Assembly: GCA_963752475.1 (NCBI GenBank)
Contig: CAVVYR010000007.1
Coordinates: 96,001 to 160,000, forward strand
Reading direction: 5' to 3'
Source of the DNA: an uncultured Chloroflexia bacterium
GTDB lineage: Bacteria > Chloroflexota > Limnocylindria > Limnocylindrales > CSP1-4
DNA: 64,000 nucleotides
Under the pieces are notes generated by a model. The model was not told the origin of the DNA and ran no database searches. It saw nothing but the letters and a program-made list of their open reading frames with translations. Both the position numbers and the translations under genes were made by a program. Below, one piece after another: positions 48,545-64,000 of this stretch. How positions within the stretch are numbered: the first letter of the stretch is position 1; each line of letters begins with the position of its first letter.

Positions 48545-49072
48545 ATGCCCACAGAAGCCAAACAGGCAGCCGTGGCGGAGCTCGTCGAGCTCCTCAAAGA
48601 GACCGACGCCACGATCGTTTCCGACCATCGGGGCCTGTCCGTGGCTGATCTGCTCAAGGTGCGCCGAGAGCTGAGTGCGAAGGACATCCAGTACCGGATC
48701 ATCAAGAACCGCCTGGCCAAGATCGCGGCCGAACAGGCCGACCGCTCGGAGCTCGTACCGCTCCTCACCGGTCCCAGCGCGATCGCCATCGGCGCGGCTG
48801 ATGAAGCCGCTCTGGCGAAGGGCCTGATGGATGCCACCAAGCCCTTCAAGGTCGAGATCCGTGGCGCCGCGCTCAACGGCGAGACGGTCGACGCCAGCGT
48901 CGTCAAGGCGCTTGCTGCCCTACCCGGCCGCGAGCAGCTCCTGGCCCAGCTGGCCGGCGGGTTCAGTTCGCCGCTCAGCTCGATGGCCAGCCTCTTCGCC
49001 GCTCCGCTGCGCAACCTCGGCTACGGCCTGCAGCAGCTCAAGGAGCAACGCGAAGGCGCCGAAGCCGCCTAG
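48545..49072 (+). CDS. rplJ: 50S ribosomal protein L10
   Basis: SD AGGAGG; DHRGLSV, KNRLAKIA, LPGREQLLAQL. Confidence 0.96.
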   Translation: MPTEAKQAAVAELVELLKETDATIVSDHRGLSVADLLKVRRELSAKDIQYRIIKNRLAKIAAEQADRSELVPLLTGPSAIAIGAADEAALAKGLMDATKPFKVEIRGAALNGETVDASVVKALAALPGREQLLAQLAGGFSSPLSSMASLFAAPLRNLGYGLQQLKEQREGAEAA

Positions 49073-49129
49073 CACCCACCCACGACCATCCCAGCCCCTT
49101 CCCCGACACCCGAAAGGAACGACATCACC

Positions 49130-49525
49130 ATGGCTACCAAGCTTTCCCAGGACGACCTTCTCGAGGCCATCGACGGCATGACCGTCCTCGAGCTCTCCGA
49201 GTTCATCAAGGCCTTCGAGGAGCGCTACGGCGTGACCGCTGCCGCTCCGGCCGCTGCCGCCGTCGCCGCCGCTCCGGCCGGCGGTGAGGCCGCTGCCGAC
49301 GAAGCTGCCGAGCAGACCGAGTTCGAGGTCGTGCTGACCGAGATCGGCCCCAACAAGATCCCCGTCATCAAGGTCGTGCGCGAGCTGACCGGCCTCGGCC
49401 TCAAGGAGGCCAAGGACGTCGTCGACGCCGCGCCCAAGGCCGTCAAGGAGGGCGTGGACAAGGACGAGGCCGAGAAGATCAAGGCTGCGCTCGAGGAGCA
49501 GGGCGCCAAGGTCGACATCAAGTAG
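49130..49525 (+). CDS. rplL: 50S ribosomal protein L7/L12
   Basis: [24 protein letters not shown]. Confidence 0.98.
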   Translation: MATKLSQDDLLEAIDGMTVLELSEFIKAFEERYGVTAAAPAAAAVAAAPAGGEAAADEAAEQTEFEVVLTEIGPNKIPVIKVVRELTGLGLKEAKDVVDAAPKAVKEGVDKDEAEKIKAALEEQGAKVDIK

Positions 49526-49544
49526 GACCCCTGGCAACCCAGCG

Positions 49545-49574
49545 ATGGGGGAGGCCTCCGGGCCTCCCCCATTC
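49545..49574 (+). terminator. Hairpin terminator after rplL
   Basis: atgggggaggcc-tccg-ggcctcccccat. Confidence 0.75.
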
Positions 49575-49591
49575 GTCGTGTCCAGCCGCTG

Positions 49592-49620
49592 TTGACGGGT
49601 CGTCGATGAGGCGATACCAT
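49592..49620 (+). promoter_or_regulatory. rpoBC promoter
   Basis: TTGACG-17-TACCAT. Confidence 0.75.
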
Positions 49621-49714
49621 ACACGGTCGGTGAGCGCGGCCCTTTTCTTTTCAACGACCCATGTGGTCGGATTCCCGTGCCTTGATCGCCTCTCCCTGAG
49701 GCCAGGAGTGCCCC

Positions 49715-53182
<3,468 letters not shown>

Positions 53183-53270
53183 CCACCACCCCGGGCCACC
53201 GGCCCGGAGCATCGCTCCGGGCCACCCGCGCATCCCGCACCGCTGACGACGGCGCGGCACAAGGAGAACG

Positions 53271-57872
<4,602 letters not shown>

Positions 57873-57895
57873 CCGCTCTCTCACCACAGCAGCCC

Positions 57896-57927
57896 GAGGC
57901 GGTCGGATCGAGAGGTCCGGCCGCTTC
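57896..57927 (+). terminator. Hairpin after rpoC
   Basis: gaggcggtcggatc-gaga-ggtccggccgcttc with G-U pairs. Confidence 0.65.
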
Positions 57928-58094
57928 GCACATCTGGAGGCATGGCCTTGGTCGACCGGCCAGGTGTCGATCCGTGGCGCTGTCGGTCGACCGTTCGGTG
58001 CACCCGTCGGTCCGGACTGGTCCTGCCACGACGGAGCCCCGCTTCGGCCGACCCGAGGAGGCGGCCCCGGACGGCCCGAGGAGACTGCTCCACA

Positions 58095-58257
58095 GTGGCT
58101 ATCCCCCGATGGCTGAACTCGACGCCGTCGACGGCGGAGTGGTGCATCTCAGCCTGCGGCACACTCGGATCGTCAGTCCCAGTCCGCACTGGGCTGAGAC
58201 CGTGCACCCAAGCTCCTGGGCTGGTCGAGTCCAGCCATCGGGGGATGACCGAGCCAC
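58095..58257. other. Rod-like ~165-nt inverted-repeat element, candidate ncRNA
   Basis: atcccccgatggctgaactcgac / gtcgagtccagccatcgggggat 22 of 23 paired, with nested inner stems. Confidence 0.55.
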
Positions 58258-58353
58258 CGGACAGCACTGCCGGCAGGCCCACTGAGCGATCGGCACCGAT
58301 GGAGGCACCGAGCAGCCACTGCGGGCGGAGCCGTACGAGCGAGCATGCCGTCG

Positions 58354-58382
58354 TTGACGAGCGTGTGAGGCGCTGCTAGACT
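58354..58382 (+). promoter_or_regulatory. str operon promoter
   Basis: TTGACG-17-TAGACT with extended TG. Confidence 0.8.
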
Positions 58383-58614
58383 GCACCGTCGCGGCTGAAA
58401 CAGGCCGCTCGGTTGCGTGCGCGCCGGCCCCAGGGTCGATGAGCACCACCGAGGCAGCGACCCCGCGAGGGGGCCCGCGCTCGGGCCCGGACGCCGGGAC
58501 CCAGACCGCTGCCGAGACCACAGCCAGAACACCGTGAGACAGGGGACCGTGCGCTCCGCGCGATCCGTGACCCGCGTCAGTACGACGCCCATCGATAAGG
58601 GAGACGAACGCTCC

Positions 58615-59027
<413 letters not shown>

Positions 59028-59028
<1 letters not shown>

Positions 59029-59492
59029 TGCCACGTCGACCGCAGACCCCTCGCAAGGTCAAGTACTCGCCGCCGCTCACCCGCACCACGGATCGCTTCG
59101 TGGTCAAGCTGATGAAGGACGGCAAGAAGGGCCTGGCCGAGAAGATCCTGCGCCAGGCGCTCGCGCGTGCGGAGGCCCAGGCCGGCCGCCCCGGCCTGGA
59201 GGTCCTCGACGCGGCCCTGCGCAACGCCACCCCCATCATCGAGGTCAAGCCCCGTCGTGTCGGTGGTGCTACCTACCAGGTGCCCGTCGAGATCCGCGGC
59301 GACCGTCGCACCAGTCTGGGCGTGCGCTGGCTCGTCCAGGCCGCGCGGAAGCGCAGCGGCAAGTCCATGAGCGAGAAGCTGGCCTTCGAGCTCGTGGATG
59401 CCATGAACGGCCTCGGCGCCGCTGTGAAGCGTCGCGAGGACACCCACAAGATGGCCGACGCCAACAAGGCGTTCAGCCACTTCCGCTGGTAA
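59028..59492 (+). CDS. rpsG: 30S ribosomal protein S7
   Basis: RRVGGATYQVP, HKMADANKAF. Confidence 0.98.
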
Positions 59493-59528
59493 CAGCGGCT
59501 ACTCTCGCTACGAGGAACCTGTAGACCG

Positions 59529-61601
59529 ATGACACGGAAGTTCCCGCTTGCTCGCACGCGGAACATCGGAATCATCGCGCATATCGACGCCGGCAAGACC
59601 ACCGTCACCGAGCGGATCCTGTTCTATACGGACAAGATCTACAAGATCGGTGAGGTGCATGAGGGCGCGGCCACGATGGACTGGATGCCCCAGGAACAGG
59701 AACGCGGCATCACCATCACGGCCGCGGCCACGACCTGCTTCTGGAAGAACACGCGCATCAACATCATCGATACGCCCGGACACGTGGACTTCACCGTCGA
59801 GGTGGAGCGCAGCTTGCGCGTGCTCGACGGTGCGGTCGTCGTCTTCGACGGGGTCGCTGGTGTGGAGCCGCAGTCCGAGACGGTCTGGCGCCAGGCCGAC
59901 CGCTACGGCGTGCCTCGCTTCTGCTTCATCAACAAGCTCGATCGCACCGGCGCCGACTTCTGGGCCGGCGTGGAGTCGATCAAGGAGCGCCTGGGCGCCA
60001 ACGCCGTCCCGGTGCAGCTGCCTATCGGTCAGGAAGCCGCTTTCGAGGGCGTCATCGACCTCATCGAGATGAACGCCATCGTCTACAAGGACGACCTCGG
60101 GGCGCAGCCGGAGATCACCGAGATCCCGGCAGACATGCTCGAGGAGGCCAAGACCCACCGCGCCGCCATGATCGAGGCCGTGGCCGAGCTCGACGACGAG
60201 CTGACCATGAAGTTCCTCGAAGGCGAGGAGCTCACCCCGGACGAGATCAGGCACGGTCTGCGCCTGGGCACGCTCCAGAACCGCGTGGTCCCCGTGCTCA
60301 CCGGCACGGCGCTCAAGAACAAGGGCGTGCAGCCCATGCTCGACGCGGTCGTCGACTACCTGCCCAGCCCGCTCGACGTGCCACCCATCACCGGCACCGA
60401 TGAAGACGGCAACGAGGTCACCCGAGCGGTCGACGACAAGGAGCCCTTCGCGGCCCTCGCCTTCAAGATCGCGGCCGACCCCTTCGTGGGCAAGCTGGCC
60501 TTCTTCCGTGTCTATAGCGGCAAGCTCAAGACCGGATCCTACGTCTACAACGCCTCCAAGGACCGCAAGGAGCGCGTCGGCCGCATCGTGGAGCTCCACG
60601 CCAACTCGCGCGAGGAGATCGCCGAGGTCGGTGCCGGCGATATCGCCGCCGCCGTGGGCCTCAAGGAGACCTACACCGGCGACACCCTGACCGATATGGA
60701 CCACCCGGTGATCCTCGAGTCGATAACCTTCCCCGAGCCCGTCATCGAGGTCGCCATCGAGCCCAAGACCAAGGCCGACCAGGACAAGTTGGCGGTGGCT
60801 CTGCAGCGCCTTGCCGAGGAGGACCCCACCTTCCGCGTCCACAACGATGAGGAGTCGGGTCAGACCCTCATCGCGGGCATGGGTGAGCTCCACCTCGACG
60901 TGCTCGTCGACCGCATGGTCCGCGAGTTCAAGGTGGCGGCCAACGTGGGCAAGCCCCAGGTCTCGTATCGGGAGAGCATCCGCCGCGAGGCGCAGGGCAA
61001 CGGACGCTTCGTGCGCCAGACCGGTGGCCGCGGCCAGTACGGCCACGCCATCATCAAGCTGGAGCCGGGCGAGAAGGGGAGTGGCTACGAGTTCATCGAC
61101 AAGATCGTCGGCGGTGTCATCCCCCGCGAATACATCAAGTCGGTCGACGCGGGCATCCGTGAGGCGCTCGAGACGGGCGTCTACGCCGGCTACCCCATGG
61201 TCGACGTCAAGGCCACCCTCTTCGATGGCTCCATGCACGACGTGGACTCCTCGGAGATGGCCTTCAAGATCGCTGGCTCCATGGCCGCCAAGGCTGCTGT
61301 CCAGAAGGCGGATCCGGCCATCCTCGAGCCGGTGATGCGCGTCGAGGTCGTCATGCCCGAGGAGTTCATGGGCGACGTCATCGGCGATCTCAACAGCCGC
61401 CGCGGTCACATCGAAGGGATGGACAACCGCAACGGCACACAGGTGGTCAGCGCCTTCGTGCCGCTGGCCTCGATGTTCGGCTACGTGACCGACCTTCGCA
61501 GCGTGACCCAGGGACGCGCGACCTCCTCCATGGAGTTCTCGCACTACTCGGAAGTACCCAAGGCCATCGCCCAGGAACTGGTCCAGAAGGCCGCGGTCTA
61601 G
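59529..61601 (+). CDS. fusA: Elongation factor G
   Basis: [24 protein letters not shown]. Confidence 0.99.
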   Translation: MTRKFPLARTRNIGIIAHIDAGKTTVTERILFYTDKIYKIGEVHEGAATMDWMPQEQERGITITAAATTCFWKNTRINIIDTPGHVDFTVEVERSLRVLDGAVVVFDGVAGVEPQSETVWRQADRYGVPRFCFINKLDRTGADFWAGVESIKERLGANAVPVQLPIGQEAAFEGVIDLIEMNAIVYKDDLGAQPEITEIPADMLEEAKTHRAAMIEAVAELDDELTMKFLEGEELTPDEIRHGLRLGTLQNRVVPVLTGTALKNKGVQPMLDAVVDYLPSPLDVPPITGTDEDGNEVTRAVDDKEPFAALAFKIAADPFVGKLAFFRVYSGKLKTGSYVYNASKDRKERVGRIVELHANSREEIAEVGAGDIAAAVGLKETYTGDTLTDMDHPVILESITFPEPVIEVAIEPKTKADQDKLAVALQRLAEEDPTFRVHNDEESGQTLIAGMGELHLDVLVDRMVREFKVAANVGKPQVSYRESIRREAQGNGRFVRQTGGRGQYGHAIIKLEPGEKGSGYEFIDKIVGGVIPREYIKSVDAGIREALETGVYAGYPMVDVKATLFDGSMHDVDSSEMAFKIAGSMAAKAAVQKADPAILEPVMRVEVVMPEEFMGDVIGDLNSRRGHIEGMDNRNGTQVVSAFVPLASMFGYVTDLRSVTQGRATSSMEFSHYSEVPKAIAQELVQKAAV

Positions 61602-61676
61602 GCATACACACCAGAGCAACCAACCAACCGATCAAGAGCAACCAGTAACAGGACGTAGCAGAGGACGACGACGGCA

Positions 61677-62873
<1,197 letters not shown>

Positions 62874-62878
62874 GGGGT

Positions 62879-63187
62879 ATGGCACGGCAGCGGATCCGGA
62901 TCCGCCTCAAGGCATACGATCACCGGCTCCTGGACCAGTCCGCGCTTCAGATCGTGGAGACGGCCCAGCGCACCGGGGCCGAGGTCGTCGGCCCGGTACC
63001 GCTGCCGACCCGGATCGAGAAGTTCACGGTCCTGCGGTCCCCGTTCATCGACAAGGACAGCCGGGAGCAGTTCGAGATCCGCACCCACAAGCGGCTCATC
63101 GACATCCTGGACCCGTCGTCCAAGACCGTCGACGCGCTGATGCGCCTCTCGCTGGCCGCCGGCGTCGACATCGAGATCAGGATGTAA
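62879..63187 (+). CDS. rpsJ: 30S ribosomal protein S10
   Basis: [37 protein letters not shown]. Confidence 0.98.
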   Translation: MARQRIRIRLKAYDHRLLDQSALQIVETAQRTGAEVVGPVPLPTRIEKFTVLRSPFIDKDSREQFEIRTHKRLIDILDPSSKTVDALMRLSLAAGVDIEIRM

Positions 63188-63796
63188 ATGAGTATCGGAG
63201 TGATCGGCCGCAAGGTCGGAATGACACAGGTCTTCGCTGAGGACGGCACGATGGTGCCGGTCTCCGTGGTGGCCGTCGAACCCAACACCGTGACCCTGCT
63301 CCGCACGCAGGAGCAGGACGGCTACACCGCCGTCCAGGTCGGCACCGGCACCGCCCGGGTGACGACCAAGCCGCGTGCGGGTCAGCTCAAGGACCTGCCC
63401 AAGGTCCGCGACGTGCGCGAGTTCCGCGTCGACGACACGGCCGACTACGAAGTCGGCCAGACCATCGACGTGAGCATCTTCGAGGACGGTGAGTCCGTGG
63501 ACGTCACCGGCACCTCCAAGGGCAAGGGCTTCGCTGGCACCATCAAGCGCCACCACTTCCGCCGCGGTCCGGAGACACATGGCTCCGACTCGCACCGAGC
63601 TCCCGGCTCGATCGGCGGCGGCACGTACCCGGGCAAGGTCTTCCGTGGCTCCCCGATGGCGGGCCACATGGGCCATGAGCGGGTCACCGTCAAGAACGCC
63701 ACCATCGTGCGCACCGACGCCGAGCGCAACCTGCTGCTCGTCAGGGGTCCGGTCCCCGGTCCCCGCAACGCGCTCGTCGTGGTCAGGAAGGCATAG
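63188..63796 (+). CDS. rplC: 50S ribosomal protein L3
   Basis: [18 protein letters not shown]. Confidence 0.98.
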   Translation: MSIGVIGRKVGMTQVFAEDGTMVPVSVVAVEPNTVTLLRTQEQDGYTAVQVGTGTARVTTKPRAGQLKDLPKVRDVREFRVDDTADYEVGQTIDVSIFEDGESVDVTGTSKGKGFAGTIKRHHFRRGPETHGSDSHRAPGSIGGGTYPGKVFRGSPMAGHMGHERVTVKNATIVRTDAERNLLLVRGPVPGPRNALVVVRKA

Positions 63797-63800
63797 TCCG

Positions 63801-64000
63801 ATGCCAACGACCCCTCTCTTCGACAAGTCCGGCTCCGAAGCCGGCACCATCGATCTGCCGGATGCGCTGTTCGCGGCTCCCGTGAACACGGCCGTCATGC
63901 ATCAGGCCGTCGTGGCCCAGATGGCCGGCCGCCGCATCGGTACGGCCAAGGTCAAGACGCGTTCCGAGGTCCGCGGTGGCGGCCGCAAGCCGTATCGCCA
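63801..64000 (+). CDS. rplD: 50S ribosomal protein L4 (partial, 3' truncated by window)
   Basis: MPTTPLF..HQAVVAQMAGRRIGTAKVKTRSEVRGGGRKPYR. Confidence 0.95.
   Translation, partial: MPTTPLFDKSGSEAGTIDLPDALFAAPVNTAVMHQAVVAQMAGRRIGTAKVKTRSEVRGGGRKPYR

Noticed and set aside
57930-58350. RNase P RNA, tmRNA or an L7Ae gene in the rpoC-rpsL gap
   Set aside because: No GAGGAAAGUCC motif, no tRNA-like ends and no L7Ae-like ORF on either strand

Overview
A high-GC bacterial core-genome window. The 16S features (short helices, GCGTG.GGTTTAATTCG), Alu-type SRP RNA and Bacillus-like gene order suggest Chloroflexota, possibly Limnocylindria-like (inference). 1-17 kb is accessory: DUF1349, DUF368, CDF transporter, Cys-rich small protein, MOSC/Moco oxidoreductase, PhzF, small secreted peptide, pirin, phnDCEE-dGTPase-nucleotidase operon, GT87, PPi-type Pfk. 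The rest is a Terrabacteria-type superoperon: tadA-like, 2 tRNA-Ser, ffs, dnaX-ybaB-recR, a full rrn operon, rpsA, clpC-radA-PIN/TRAM-ispDF-cysS-rlmB, tRNAs, tuf-rpmG-secE-nusG-rplKAJL-rpoBC-rpsLG-fusA-tuf-rpsJ-rplCD. Most notable: (1) a duplicated operator-peptide-terminator cassette, one copy full and one internally deleted, flanking pirin; (2) a syntenic TadA whose catalytic Glu is Val, as in ADAT3; (3) a PhnD-type ABC transporter in one operon with dNTP-degrading enzymes; (4) two large structured intergenic elements; (5) long repetitive disordered tails on S1 and RlmB; (6) substitutions at antibiotic-target residues in RpoB and S12. No CRISPR, transposase or integrase was seen. Coordinates were read by eye and RNA ends are approximate.
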